NCBI RefSeq assembly: GCF_009834535.1
Contig: NC_045707.1
Location: 55,554,001-55,618,000 of the forward strand
Origin: Camelus ferus
Lineage: Eukaryota
Direction: 5' to 3'
DNA length: 64,000 nucleotides
Shown here: positions 13,209-27,130 of the stretch, piece by piece
Layout of the letters: each line of letters begins with the position of its first letter
How positions within the stretch are numbered: position 1 is the stretch's first letter
Program-made: the position numbers and the translations under genes
The notes under the pieces: model-generated
What the model saw: the letters and a program-made list of their open reading frames with translations, nothing else
What the model was told of the DNA's origin: nothing
Databases searched by the model: none

Positions 13209-13628
13209 TGTTGGCAGAGGGTGCCAGCTGATCATCACACCTACTTTTACTTCTCCTTTGTTCCTGGCTAGACCATCTCTCCCAACCTTTCTTGTAGATA
13301 ATTGTGGCCATCTGACCAGTTCTTGCCAATGGAAAATGAATAGAAAAGCAACAGATGCTATTCTGGGGTTAAGGATTTTAAGAAGCCAGTATTCCTCTTC
13401 CATTCTCCTTTTTCAGTACAGATCAAAATACAGATTCAGATGACAATAAAGATGTTCAGGGATGGTGGAACAAACTGGACCAAGACTGGTTCCTGGAATC
13501 ACCACAAGAAGAAGAGTCTCCTCAAGAGGAAGGCCATCACGCTGACTTTTCCTTGAGGGCACTGTCATTGTCTTTGAACTTCAAGGTATCTATCTGTGAC
13601 ATCAGTTCAGCCTACCCTAATGAATACA
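13209..13628 (+). mobile_element. LTR16-like (ERVL) LTR inserted into a MIR
   Basis: TG...TACA termini; 5-bp TSD ACATC/TCATC; gtggccatctgaccagttcttgccaatggaa core; MIR sequence on both sides (from ~13110 and after 13629). Confidence 0.7.
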
Positions 13629-14258
13629 TCATCTCTTTAAATGACAATACAATACCACTGCCTGACTTAATTAATATTCTCTTGATCAAGAGTGGCCAGA
13701 CTCCACTGAAACTAGACTAAGCTAAATGAGTATTTTCCATAATGAAGTGGTAGTCCAGGAAAACAGCTGGGTCTCAAGAGGCAATGGACACAACCAGGAA
13801 AGCCATTTAAGATCTAAGAAGCCACTTTTTAAATCTCTCTCTTATCTCTGTATATCTTCATTATTCTACCTTCCCCATGTAAATGTCACTCCACAGTTCC
13901 TGATTTTACACATCCATGTTCAAGAAAGTACTATCTCTCAACAATTTCAAACTCTAGAGGATCGACTCTATTTGACCCATGTTGGGCCAAGTGTCCACCA
14001 TCTGGCCACTTGAGACCAAAACAATGAGATCACAAAATAGTAACATCGTTGCCAAAGGCCCACTCCCATGTGCGAGTAAAGAGGGGCATTTCTTAAAGAA
14101 GTTTGGGCTAAACAGACATCTCAAAAAGGTGAAGCACACTATTTCATGAATTATCACAAAAATTAAATAAAATGCTCCTGAAATCTTTAGCAAAGTTCCT
14201 TACACACAGTAAGAACTCCATGTTACTTCTTACTCTTATAATTATTATTATTAGACAC

Positions 14259-14914
14259 TGTACTAGTTTTCTGTTGCCATAACAAATTACCACAAACATA
14301 GCAACTTAAACAGCATCCATTTATCATCTCACGGTTTCCGTGGGTCAGAAGTCTGGGCCCAGTGTGGCTCAGCTGGTTTCTCTTGTCCAGGTCTCAGAAA
14401 AACCAAATCAAGATGTTGGCAGAATTGTGTTCCTTTCTAGAGGCAGATTCTTGGAGGCACTTCAAAGTTCTTTTAGTCTGTTGGCAGAATTCAGTTCCCT
14501 GCACTCATAGGATAAAGGGCCCTGTTTCCTTGAAGACTGCCAGCTATGGGCTGTCTATCTCCAGAGGCCTCACCCTGGTCCTTGCAGTTGGTCCCTGTGT
14601 CTCAGAACCAGCAATGGCGGTGCATTGACTCCTCCTCACTCGCACTCTCTGACTTCCCCTTCTACAGCATCTTTCCCGCCTTCTCTTCCACCCCATCTCT
14701 CTGTCTCCAGCCAGAGAAAATTATCTGCTTCTCAGGCTCATGTGATTAAGTTGGGCTCACCCAAATCATCCAGAATAATCTTCTTACTGTAATGTTTATA
14801 GTGCTAATTACACCTTAATTAAATTTGCAAAGTCCCTTTAACCTGAAACATAACACTCATAGGCTCCAGTAACTAGGGCATGAACATTTTCTGGGGGCCA
14901 TTCTACCTACCCCA
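14259..14914 (-). mobile_element. MLT1 (MLT1D/E-like) LTR
   Basis: tgtactagttttctgttgccataacaaattaccacaaac...gggggccattctacctac, a reverse-orientation MaLR. Confidence 0.85.
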
Positions 14915-15244
14915 GAAAGACGTTAAATATTACTACTCTGCACTTCTCAAATTTAGAAACTATGATAAATATATATGACTCAACAACCATTTACTTTTGA
15001 ATAGTTCCAAAGCATTCTTGAAACAAGTCATGATACAAACATGATTATATTATGCAAGCATACAATGTGTTTGCTTTTGTATAGAAATGAGTTTCTACAC
15101 ATATATTTTAAAATTTGTAATTATTCTCTTTGCTAAGTAACATACACCCTGATTTATATATTCATTTCACAATTTTTTTTTCATGTGTTCACAATCTTAG
15201 GTGATGGAGGTATGGTCCTAAACAGCACAGTTTAGAATCCCGTG

Positions 15245-15580
15245 CCATGGAGGCACCTACATACTAGTACTGAGAGACAGGCAATAAGCAAGTTACACTT
15301 CAAATCAAGGTAATTTCAGATGGTGATAAAATAGTTCTGTGATGGAGAGGGCCCAGGCGGCTAGGTAGGCAGAAGGCAGCTCTATTTCAGATTGGCTGGT
15401 CAGGGCAGGTCTCCCTGAGGAGGTAGGATTTGAGCCTTCCAGGTAGAAGGTTCAGTAGAAGAATGTATCTGTGGGTATGGGAACCAGTCAGAAGTGCTGC
15501 GGCAACGAACTCGGAAAAAAGTGACCAATGGGAGAAAGTTACTATGTGAATTCACAGAAGAGGGCAGAGGCCAGATTACG
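15245..15580 (-). mobile_element. L2 LINE fragment
   Basis: gtaatttcagatggtgataaa...ggtcagggcaggtctccctgaggaggtaggatttgagc. Confidence 0.65.
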
Positions 15581-17119
15581 TGCCTAACACTTTTAAATTC
15601 TAATTGTCAATATAGGTACCTAAAAATTGCAATCTGATTTTAAAGCTATAAAATAGCACATAAATAATCAGCTCAAACTGAACTTCACCAGGTTGGTCTG
15701 TTTGAGCACAATATTTTAATCAAATATAAAACAGTGAAAAGAAAGTTACGATGGATAATTTCACTCCAACATTCGTTGAGACCACCTAGTCCTATAAAAT
15801 CATTCTTCTCCTTCGAGTGTGAAGAGAACACACATTCTACACAAAAAGATGTTTATGCCCCGTCTCTAATGAGAGAACTAAGAATCCTTCATTTTCCTCA
15901 CGACCTTTCCCAGGACCATCAGCTTATGTTTTTTCAAGCCAGTTTGCCCTAATTTATTGCTTCTGCCAAGTATTAATCTCACTTGTATCTGTCTTCTGAC
16001 TGCTTTTTACTCCCTCTTTATTGAGAAAAAGAACCCATTTTCCTTAATTTTCTTCAAATGGACTCTCAATTCGCACCCCCCCCCCCCAACAATAGTGACA
16101 TGTAATTGTAACAGACATTATTTCCAGGAAAGAAACAGGAGTAATATTGCAGCTACTTCAAACTTCATAATGGTCATCGCTGTTCCAAATGATATTGGCC
16201 ATTCCTATCTCGGGGGTAGGGGCATTCATACTGTTCCCTTAACCTTTAACAGTGCTGCAGTCTGATTTCTTCTTTCCTCTTCTATTACCTTAGTCCCTTT
16301 CTCAGGATTGTCACAGGAAACGCCAAATCAACTCCCTCATAGCCACCATGTCACAAGAGTACCTCAAGATTTTTCCTTAAATGATATTTGTCTTTAAAGG
16401 AAATTCTGCTGTTTGATTAATTTTTTTCTCTTTGCCTTAAAAACTAAGAAGACATTTTTGAAAGATATAGCTAATTTATTTTTCCTTTAGGCACTGATTT
16501 TCTTCATTATGCCATACATCTCTCTCTGATACACACACACTGTGAAAACACGCTGTATAGATGCAAAGACAATGATAATCATTATTCATAGTTTCCTGTG
16601 ATATACCAGAATTCATCTGTAAAATGATCACTGAGATGGAAAGAATGAGAGCTATTTAAAACCTTAGAAGGAAAAGGGATTTAGTTACAATGTGTAAAAG
16701 TCTTATTTTATTCAGCAACCCAACTTAAATATGGCATTGTTAAAAAGGCTGTATTCAAATTTTCAGTGAATAGAGATCTAAATTTAATTAATCTGTTGGC
16801 TTGAAACTTTTATAACTTTTTATCATTCTTACAGAGTCCTAAAATATGGTCTATAAGCAGACTTTGACTTTTTTGTACATTCAAACCATATGTCTCTTGT
16901 TCAGATTCCCACTTTTTTAACATTTAACATTAACATAGTCTAATGCCTTAAATACCTTGAAAAACCTCGGAATTCTGACTCATAAGTCAAATGATAAACA
17001 CCTCAAGTTGTCAAATGATGGTTCTGTCTGCCAATCAACACAGTAATATAAATGCTGTGACCAGGTTTCAGAGAAATGCATGTTTAAATAATTTATGGAA
17101 TTCCATCATCATTTTGATA

Positions 17120-17338
17120 AGGGACAGTATAAAATTAAGGCCCTGCTCTGTCTGGGTATTAATTCCGGTTCTGTCGTTTACTAGTAAGTTACTTCACTTT
17201 TTTTGTCCTTCAGTCCCCTCATCTGTTAAATGGTCAATAATTCATACAGTTGTGTAAGAGTTCAATGAATTAATATAGCTAAAGAAATTCTTAGGTCAAT
17301 GTCTGGCATGCAATGGTATTTAAAAGGATTAGCTATTA
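17120..17338 (+). mobile_element. MIR SINE
   Basis: aagttacttcac...cagtcccctcatctgttaaatgg...gtctggcatg...ttagctatta. Confidence 0.75.
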
Positions 17339-20300
17339 AGATGTAAAATTATATTAAAATATAAAATGATTAAACTTCTTAAAAGTGGGGAAATGAAAAA
17401 ATATTGCTGCTACTGAGAAAACATTAAATCCAATGAATTATCCAAAACTTTGCCCTCAGTCAAGTGCCAGTTTGATTAATCTTCTCAACTGAATGATCAA
17501 ATTATGAAGGAAAAATGTATAAAGTGTTGAGAAGAGTTTATTGTGTCTAAATTATTTATAATCCTGTTAGCTCGCAGGAGACAGAATCAAACCACCACTC
17601 ATATTATACAAATCTCTTAGTATCAAATAAAAATAACGTGTTACTTCCTTTCTTCTAATTCAACTGTTTTTCCAAATGCTTATTTAATCATCAGTACATT
17701 CTCTAAACCAAAATGGAGACTTTTTTTGCATGTTCAAATCAAAATGCATTAGCAAGATAGTCACGTACTTCACAATTTTTAGGCCATTTAGTTTTCTTTC
17801 TTCCTCCAGATAGTCCCAAGTGAACAATGTATTTTTCTTTCTTCCAGAGTAAAATAAATTTCATTATCTTTTTTTTTTTAAGTGACTTTGCCTTTCACAA
17901 GTCATAATCTAGAATACAATTCTGTTTTAAAGGTAAGCTATAATTTAAGAAATTCTGATGGTTGATTTGAGTTTAATTCTTAAATGTACACTGGCCTTTT
18001 TCTCAAATATCCATGATTGTCAGTAAAGATCTATAGACGTCAAAATCTTTAAAGGATGAGAGCTATCAGTGAGATAAGCAACCACGTCACTAAAGCTATG
18101 GAATTGCGTCATGGTAGCACAAATCAACCACACATTCTCCTGCCCACTGCCCACTCCCTGGTAAAGCACGACACAGGAGCGACACAGGAGTGCTAGCGAA
18201 GGGAGAGCATGTCGATCACCTCTGGTTCTCTTTTGTACAGGTGAGGGTCCCCCTGCTCGAAGAGACGATGTGCATAGCTCAAGGACACAAATAGTTTAGA
18301 CTTTTTACAGCTGGAATTCACTTTACAAAACAGGAGGTCTGTTACTACTGTCTCTTGCCACTATAAACTTACACTTAATTTCTCTTACAAAAATCTCATC
18401 TGCCTTTATTATCAAAATGTAGTTACAAACCCTAAAGTATCTTTTCATAAGATGGTTCTGATGTCAGCTGTAAGTTCTGTTCTCTGTTTAAAACAAGAAG
18501 GAGGGAAGGAAGAGGGGGGGAAAAAAGTTCTGCAAGTTACTCTGAGCCTTGAATTGTGCCTTAATCATCTGTAGCAAATTGGAACAAGCCATCAGGACAC
18601 TGCGAGTCTCCTCAGAAAGAGAATTAAAGTTTCAGAGATCAGCATGGTATGAATCATCTTGGAATGAGAAAAAGCAGTCTGCTTACATAGGAGGAATTAT
18701 AAGGAATTCATAGCATCTTTAACTCAACAGTTTGAACAAGAAAAGATCAGAGTGTAATTTCCACCCACAGTATTTGAAACCTTAATTTTGGTTCATCTTT
18801 GGAAGGCAAATTTTGAACAAGGAATCTGAAACAGTTCTTCCTTTTATTTTACTACCACCCCTCTTGAAAAAATAGGACTTAACCAGAATCTTTTCTTCTC
18901 AGAATCTAAGTCCTTGTTTGTTTGGGTTTTTTTTTTTTTAATGTATAATAATTCATTTAAAATGAAGAAAAATCAGTATTTCAAATACTAGTGTGAGAAC
19001 ATTGTCTGGAATGCTAATTCCTCATTAATATTTGTGAGATTACTATGCAAAAAATTCATTATTGAAAATGTTTTAAGGTCACACGTGTCATGTGCTAGTC
19101 AACTCACTGTTTTCCCAAAGAATTCCCCTTTGGTTTTCCTTACTTAACAGACAGGAAAGCTCTTGATTTAATAGCTGGAGACTTCACAAATGGCTGATTT
19201 TGCATCACAAATTGTACTGTCTCTTCCAGTAAAAGAGAGCAGAACCTATATAATCCATCGCTGTTCTGACATTTCATGATTTATTACAATTTACTGCATT
19301 ATTTACATGCATTTGGAATGTTATCAGTGTTTTACAACTTTAATTGTTATATGTAACACTCAGTTTTGTTTGGAATTACCTTACAAATTTCCACACTAAC
19401 GTTTTAAGGTCCCCATATCAAATTCCGCAAGCCTCCACGACGCTGTTCCCATCGTCCAAATAAAAAACAACATATAACAAATTTGAGAGCTGGCACATTG
19501 GTTAAATGTTTCATTGCCAATTATGAAGTTCTAACTAAACAACTTTTCTTTTTTTAAGCCAAGACTTCATCATAATTAAAGATGTTATAGAAATCCGACT
19601 CAGCAAGCTTAGAAGCAATTTAGGAAAGCAAAATTAAAAAAAAAAAAACATAAATGAGCAATTTGCATGTTTTTCTCCTCTAGTTCACTGCCACAGTGGT
19701 GGGAAAATAGACAGTTTATGGATTATGGTGGTCTCATCATTTCTAGTAAATCAACCGATTGACCAAAGTCTCCAGAAACTTTCATGGTTCATGAAGTTTT
19801 AAATTACAAATTACAAATTCTCACATCATCCATCTTTCAATTTATAGCAGCTGGAGCAAAAATCTAGTTCTAAACAATTAGCTCAGAAAGTGCTGGCCCC
19901 TTTTTGTTTGATTCCATCAGTATCACTCTTCAATGTGGATCCTAAGTCTCTAAGCCAATTCCCTCGACCACTTCTCAAAAGAGTTGCAAATATTTGATCT
20001 CTTGGACTCATTATTCACTGACAGATATTTTGATAGCATTAGCTTACATTGATCACAAATGTTTCATAGCTTTTGTGTTTTTGTTTGTGTGTTGACTTTT
20101 TTTTTTTTTTTGAGAGGGAAAACATTACAGTGAATTACACGAGAAAGAAATGAAACATATCACATAATCATCAACTGGCTATGAAACAAATCAAAGCGTA
20201 TGACTCAAGGGCATACCCTAATTTCCTGCTCATTGGTTTGTATTTTATGACCTGAAGGGTGAATATGAGATAGTTGCTGCTTAGGTATCAAAAACATATA

Positions 20301-20519
20301 TAGATTATTATGTTCTCAGCTTATGTGATGTCTCAAAACTCATCTTAATGACCAATCCTGACTCCCCGAAATACTCCTTTATCTTATTTTCTGTAATATA
20401 TTTTCTTAATTTTTTTTTTGTTTCTTTTTGGGTGCAGGGGTGGGGGTCTCCTTTATTGGTCATTCCTTCTCTACCATGTTCCATTGCTGAGTTTCTCTGT
20501 GTTTGGTGTTGACTCCTCT

Positions 20520-21860
20520 ACCTGGAAGTTGTACCTGTTCCCATAGTTTGAAATATTTTTATGCTGACAACTCCAAAACTACCTCCTACAACTAACAGTT
20601 CTCCTTGGATTGCAGGCACTCCTATCCAATTTTCTATACAGTATATATTATATTTACATAGGATGTTTTGCAGCCATCTCAAATGAATTACATCCCAAAC
20701 CAAATTCTTATCTCCCAGCCTTCTGCAAATTGTTCTCTCCCAGTCTTTTCTAAGCATATGGGAAACCATCACATGCCCAAATTACTGAAAGTGTTATCAC
20801 ACAGGTGATAATGCTAGAAAATTGGGAACAATCCTAAATTCCTTTCTCTTCCTCACCACTCACATTCAATCTGTCAGCATAGCCCATGATTTCTGCCTCA
20901 AAAATACATCTTGATAATATCCACTTTTCTTCAGATCATCTCCCACCATTACGGGAGAAGCCCCTTCCAGGGCTACTAAAGTAGCTTCCTTACTGGTGTC
21001 TCTGCTTTTCCTGTGGTCTTCTCCCAACCTACTGTTACACAACAGCCAATTAAACATAAACCAGATCAGGTCAGGCCTCTTTGTAAAATCCTTTAACATT
21101 TCCCTGTTGCACTTCAAATCAAATGTTCCAATGTCAGCCTACAAGTCTTGAAAAGTATGACTTTTGGTTATGTCTACAATTCTATATACCTTCTTAATTA
21201 CTAACAGCATCATTTCATCTCCTAGAATATACCACTTCTTCCTACTTAGGGACATAATACATATTTTTCATTATACCTGAAATGCTACTATTCTCCAGGT
21301 TCTGAACATGTTGGCTCTGCCACATCCTTCAAGTCTCAATTTAAATGTCACCTCATCAGTGAGAACTTCCCTAAGCACCTTGTCCATGCCTTTACGCTCT
21401 CGACGTTCTCTAGTCAGATAAGCTTAAACATGAAGACTATGAACTCCAACCTAGCTCCTATCCCAGCCTTACAACTCTTCCTACCTACCGTAGAACACTG
21501 GACAACTCACTTGACCTTTTTGTGCCTCGGTTTCCTCACTTTCAGAGCGCAAATAACAATAGTACCTACCTCATAGGTCACTGAAAACATTAATGAGTCA
21601 ACACAGAGAACTGATTCTGGCACAGTTCTGCCAATGTTCAATTCATGTCAGTTTCCTTCAGAGAATTTCACAATTTGCAATTGCTCATTTTTTGGTTTGC
21701 TTCATTTTGTTTTAGTTTCTAGTCAGTGTGCTCTAGAGGACTAAAAACTCTCTTAAGCAGGATCTATTTATATGTATTCTTTGTTATATCATTGTAAACT
21801 CAGTGACAAATATAATATCCAGCACACAGTAGATGTGCAGTAAACTCTTACTGAATCAAG
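20520..21860 (+). mobile_element. L2 LINE 3' fragment split by a MIR (~21420-21650)
   Basis: tatgctgacaactccaaa...catctcaaa...cttcaagtctcaatttaaatgtcacctc; MIR core tgcctcggtttcctcac...agtacctacctcatagg; L2 tail acagtagatgtgcagtaaa. Confidence 0.75.
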
Positions 21861-22094
21861 AAATCATTTTTGAATGGGCTAGAAAACTCACATTTAAAGA
21901 TACATCTGGTTTTGTTTTCCCTTTGACTATGGGGGAAAAATGTGATTGCTTTAACCGTATATTAATCATTCACTGATGATTAACATACATATACATGTAA
22001 AGAATTATAGTTTATTATATAACTATTGTTTTTAATACTAAATTCGCTCTTACAAAGTTTAAAGTGTTTTAGCCGTGAGTCACCAGATCCATTT

Positions 22095-22370
22095 GCACAT
22101 CGTTTTCTATTTATTCTCTACTTTTGTCTTCAAATAAACCTTATCTTTTAATATCTAGCTTCTCTATTTTCTATAGCTTCAGGAGCTTTCACTATAGGTA
22201 TTCGGACCACCTCTGATCTTTCAAAGACACCAATATTATGGTTTAAAGGCCTGCAAAACTGAAGCAAAAGTTCCATGTTACCATCGCTGTTACTGCTGAA
22301 ATTGCAGCACTTTGTCTTGACCTCTGCATACTTGAGCTCTGCCAAACAATGTTTTAGGCTTTAGATCACA
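22095..22370 (-). mobile_element. CR1/L3 LINE ORF2 C-terminal remnant
   Basis: ORF 22148-22345(-) contains NMELLLQFCRPLNHNIGVFERSE, resembling the CR1 ORF2 motif HLEYCVQFWSP...DI..LEKVQ. Confidence 0.5.
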
Positions 22371-22989
22371 GGGTTTTTGTGACTCTTTGTTTTCTTCTAT
22401 ATTTACTTTGAAGTTTGTCTTTGACCATCTCCTATCCTGAGATAGGTCTCAGGGTTTCCCATCTTCAAAAGGACTGAACCCTCAGCCTTATGTTTATTGC
22501 GTGACCTGTCTTCCTCTGGGTTTCCTGAAAACACTGACTACACTCACCCCTGCCATGCCCTGAAAAACCTTCGTCAAGCCTCTCACTCACTCATCAAATC
22601 TGCTCTGACTGTACCACTGTACTGGTCTATTTTATCTTTAGTTTTCTTTACTTGATAAAGTAATACACCAGGAGGAGTTAGATGTCATGTTCAAAAACAA
22701 AAAAAAAAGTAGCCCTGGAAATAACTTACTTCCTTCTTATAATTCCTCTTGCTTCCTTCTTATAACCCCTGTCTCATCTGGATACCAAGATATAATCTTA
22801 CCCTGGCATGCATAAAATTACCTTCAAGTTAAACAAAACTTAGATATATTTATTTTCAGCACTTCTATTATGTCATTTGTTTTGGTGCAGTTAAAAAAAA
22901 CTATATATGAAGGGAGATCACAGTAAAGGAAACACACGATAAATAAGGGAAAAAACCTTGCTTGCCTGTAGCCATTATTAAAGAAACAC

Positions 22990-24065
22990 CTATTGAGACA
23001 ACAATGGGATTCCAATTTTTCACTTATTTGATGGGAAAGGATTATTAAGTTTGATGAAACCTACAATGGACACAAGTGCATCATTGGCTGGAGTATAAAT
23101 TGAGGTTCTCATTTTGGAGAAAAATTTGGAAATAGCAGGAAAAGTTAAAATGCACATATACGTTTACCCAGCATTTGTACTTCTAATAATTTACCTAGCA
23201 AATAGCAAAATGCATAAGTTTACGAAGATATATGCACAAGGAACTAGCAAGAATTTTTTTCCTGTTCTGTTATTTCATTAGCGTTGATACCCCATACTGA
23301 CAGCAGCATGTGACCCAAAATTGAACCATCAGAGAATCACTTTCCATGAACCCAGCAACTGGTTAAGGGAAATGCTTATGAACCAATCAGACCCAAAGAG
23401 AGTAATTCCTACCACTTGTGCTTAAGGTAACAGAAGAGAATATTTCTCTTTTCTGCAGGTTTCCTACAAGGCTCTAAGGCTGGAGCTACTGGCAGCCACT
23501 CTGCCATCTTAAAAGGAGAGCCAGCCTAATGAGAGAATCAACCCAGAGGGGAGGCGAGCCAAAAGATGCAGAGAAGCCAGTCACAGACGACATTACTTGA
23601 GGCATCACACTCAAAATCGGCTGTACTCCTGATCTTTTTGAGCTGTGATGGGAAACTTCCTTTTTTCTTTAAGCCAGTTTTAACTAGGTTTTTACAACAT
23701 TTTATTACCAAAAGAAGCCCAATAAAAATATAGTATTTTAGCACACAGAGAATTTTAATGGTGACAATTATGACATACTTATATGGAATACTAAATAGCT
23801 ATTAAAGAGAATAAGATACAGCTACAGATGTTCCTATAGACAGACATACATCCAGGATATGATAAAGTTCTAGAAACAAAGGTAGATCATAATGCCATTT
23901 AAAACATTTAAAAATCTATACATACATATATTTACATTGAAATAGTGAAAAGTGGTTATGATTTCTCATTTAATGGTATACTTTTTATTTTATACTCATC
24001 TGTACTGTTTATAAATATTTTACCATGAAGATGTACTTAAATTTATAATAAAGGTTATATTAAAA
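22990..24065 (+). mobile_element. L1ME-type 3' fragment interrupted by an MLT1K/L-like LTR (~23300-23715)
   Basis: tttacccagcatttgtacttcta and atggaatactaaatagctattaaa L1 motifs; LTR end tttaagccagttttaactaggttttt. Confidence 0.6.
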
Positions 24066-24313
24066 TAATAAAGCATAGAAGCATCAAAACATGAAAGTAC
24101 TATTTTTTTCTAGCCTCAGTCAAGGTGAAATCAATCTACCACAGAAGAGGGAGAAAGATCTAATACCATTTACTATTCTTTTCTCTGCTCAGAAATTAAT
24201 AGTGTATTTATCATACAGTTGTAACAAACTGAAACAGAAAATGAAGAAAGATGTCAACGCATCAAGCCAAAATATTTTTATTTTTCTTTCTGTAGTCAAT
24301 ATTGTTGATATGG

Positions 24314-24775
24314 TGTGGACGACAGACATTAAGGTGGTCTCCATGATTCCATCCCTGGCAGTCTTTCCCTTGAGTATGACTTGCTTCTAACCAATAGAAT
24401 GTGGCAAATGTGATGGACTGTCACTCCCACGATGAAGCTACCTTCCACAGGAGAAAGTGATGGAATGTCACTTTCATGATTATGTAAGACTCAGTCTTGC
24501 TAGTCAGCCCACTCTCAAGTCTCAGGAACTCCGTCTGTCTCAGTCACTGGTTTTGAAAATACAAGCTAACACGAATCCTATAGTCAGAAGGAAACGAATT
24601 TTACCAATAACTTAAGGTAATCTGGAAGCAGATCTTTTCTTAGTAGACCTTCCAAATGATAACCAGCTAAGGCATGCTGAAGCTTCTGACCCAGAGAAAT
24701 TGTGGTAGTGAACATGTGCTGTCTTCAGTCACCACATCTGCAGTAATTGGTTACACAGCATAGAAAGCTAATACA
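24314..24775 (+). mobile_element. MLT1 (MLT1E/F-like) LTR
   Basis: gacttgcttctaaccaatagaatgtggcaaa...gtaattggttacacagcatagaaagctaataca. Confidence 0.8.
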
Positions 24776-27009
24776 GATAAATTAGACTTGAGTTCCAAAT
24801 TTCATGAAAAAGTTTGACACTTCCTTATATTTTAAGATAAAAATATTCATTACATACCTGTTGGGAAACGTATCAATGTAATAAAGCTAAATATTTTTAA
24901 GTTGTTTATGAACTAAAAGGGGACAAATAGCAAAGAAAAACAGACACCAGGGATAAATTAAATTTTCTTTTCAGAATTTATAAAACCCAACTTTGCTATG
25001 CTAGTTTCTGGCATAAAACACCGGTCAACACTATTTTTCAAGCCTAAAACAAAATTTTGGTGCTTTCTACTTAAAAAAGCAAAAAGCAAAAACAAAAACA
25101 AAAAACAGAGTACATAACACCCAATTTTAAAAATGGAGTGACGAGGGAGGATAAATAAACACATACACACCAAAGGGAGATGTAGGAACAGTTTGGCTCA
25201 CATAAAAATTATTTCATACAATTTAGATCCTTGGCTTATAAATAATGCAAATTTAATGAAATATTCTATCCTGAGATGCATAGGTAAAGCTCTCAGTAAT
25301 TTCAGAGGGAATTGTGCTTGCATACATAAAGCCTAAATTTTCCCTCTAAAAAGCAACAACAAAAATATGCTTATGTTTATAGATACGTTTAGAATATGTT
25401 GTTTTCTCTAATAATTTAGTAAATTACATATACTTAAACTCTGATTCTAGAACGTAAAATAAGATCCTTTCTAATTCTGAATGGATTTTAATCAAGTCAG
25501 CCCTCATACAAAGTCTCACATAAACACGTATTTTATGCGAAATATTTTTCTCCAGTAGAGTTCACATAAATACAGCCTCTCAGACTTTTTAGGAACTGTG
25601 GCAGAAAAAGAAAAAAAAATGTTGATTGGGAATTTATTTTTCTTACAGCTTGTATATGTTTTCTTTTTCTTGGATTGTCTGCCCTGGTAGTTGAGGGATT
25701 TGAACAATTCTTTCCACAATGGTTAAAAGAGTCAGAGGTCAAAAGTTTCCAAGCATGGACTAAACCTAAATAGCAAGAAAAATATCAAAATGTATGCAAA
25801 AATAAACAGAAATGTTATTGATCTCATAAAAGCAAAACATACCAGAAATTTGCCTTAAGAAAATAAACCTTGCGTTGGTCTAACAAAACCTATGAAGAAG
25901 TATGTAATAATCACATAAACTGCCTTAAAAATCTTTTTTGTTTTTTAAGCCATACACATAGAATGAACAGTATCAGGCCCAGAAAAAATTTAATGTCCTG
26001 TTCAGAATGATAATAAAATGGAGGAACACAGACAGTACCCAGTCTCATTTAGAGAATGGAACACAACTTAGTGGAAAAACTGACAATTAAAAAAAAAAAA
26101 ATCAAACCAAGGCTGTGTGTAAAAGTTTCCAGAATGAAGTGGAGAACTGAATTAATTTTCTGGATAATTAAAGCTTAAAAATGTAAATCTTTCTGCCCCA
26201 TTGTTTAGGAATTTCAGGGAAATTTTTACTTGGAATTTTCACTTTATGTAACTGGGCAGTTATATTCCCTGAATTAGCATTTCTCCACACAGAGGCCGAG
26301 TAAAGACTTTACTCAAGGGTTGAGAGTAATTAAAGGGAACTACAACACAGACACAGAAATATCTTAAACTGCATACTTCACAGAACCTCACAGGTCTCTG
26401 GAAGCATTATAAGGAATTGAGGCTTGATTCTAAGGCTAAGAGAAGCCATCCATAGAATTATACTTGCGTCTGGGAAATTTTGCTCTGGCTGAAGTATGGA
26501 GAATTAGTCAGAACAAAGCTGGAGGGGCAATAATATAGACAGATGCCAAGGTGAGAGAACGAGTGTGCTACCGCTTTCTCTCTTCTGTGCTCCAACTAAT
26601 TTGCTCTGCTTCCTTTTCTCTTCGTTCATATTTTCAGTTCAAGTGTCATCCTTTCTATGAAACAACTTCATAAAATTCCAGCTTGTTCTGTAAAGTTAAC
26701 CATTCCTGCTTTTGTGCCCCAGTTAAACTCGGGATATGTTTCTACCCTGGTACACAAACCACTGAAATGCCCTGAGTTGTGTACGCACATTTGTCCTTCT
26801 CCTAGTCGATAAATTCTTAATGAAATTTATTTTCTGTTTCCAGGATCTAACACAATGTTTGGACTTGTGCTACTCAAGAAAGTTCTGATTGACACAGGAA
26901 ACAATTAGTTTGCTACTATTTCCATACCCTCCCTAAAGACTATTCTTAAAAAGACATTTTGAAAATAGCCATTTGGGCAAATATGAATGAGCTATTTCAA
27001 CAGCACAGT

Positions 27010-27130
27010 AATTTAAGTTGCTAAAGGAAGGTGTCTTGTGTGTTGTTCACACTGCGTCCGATGGACCTGGAACAATGTCTGGCATATGGTAGGCATTCAA
27101 TCAATATTTGAAAAATAAATAAAAGAATGA
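27010..27130 (+). mobile_element. L2 3' end
   Basis: acaatgtctggcatatggtaggcattcaatcaatatttg...aagaatga. Confidence 0.7.
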
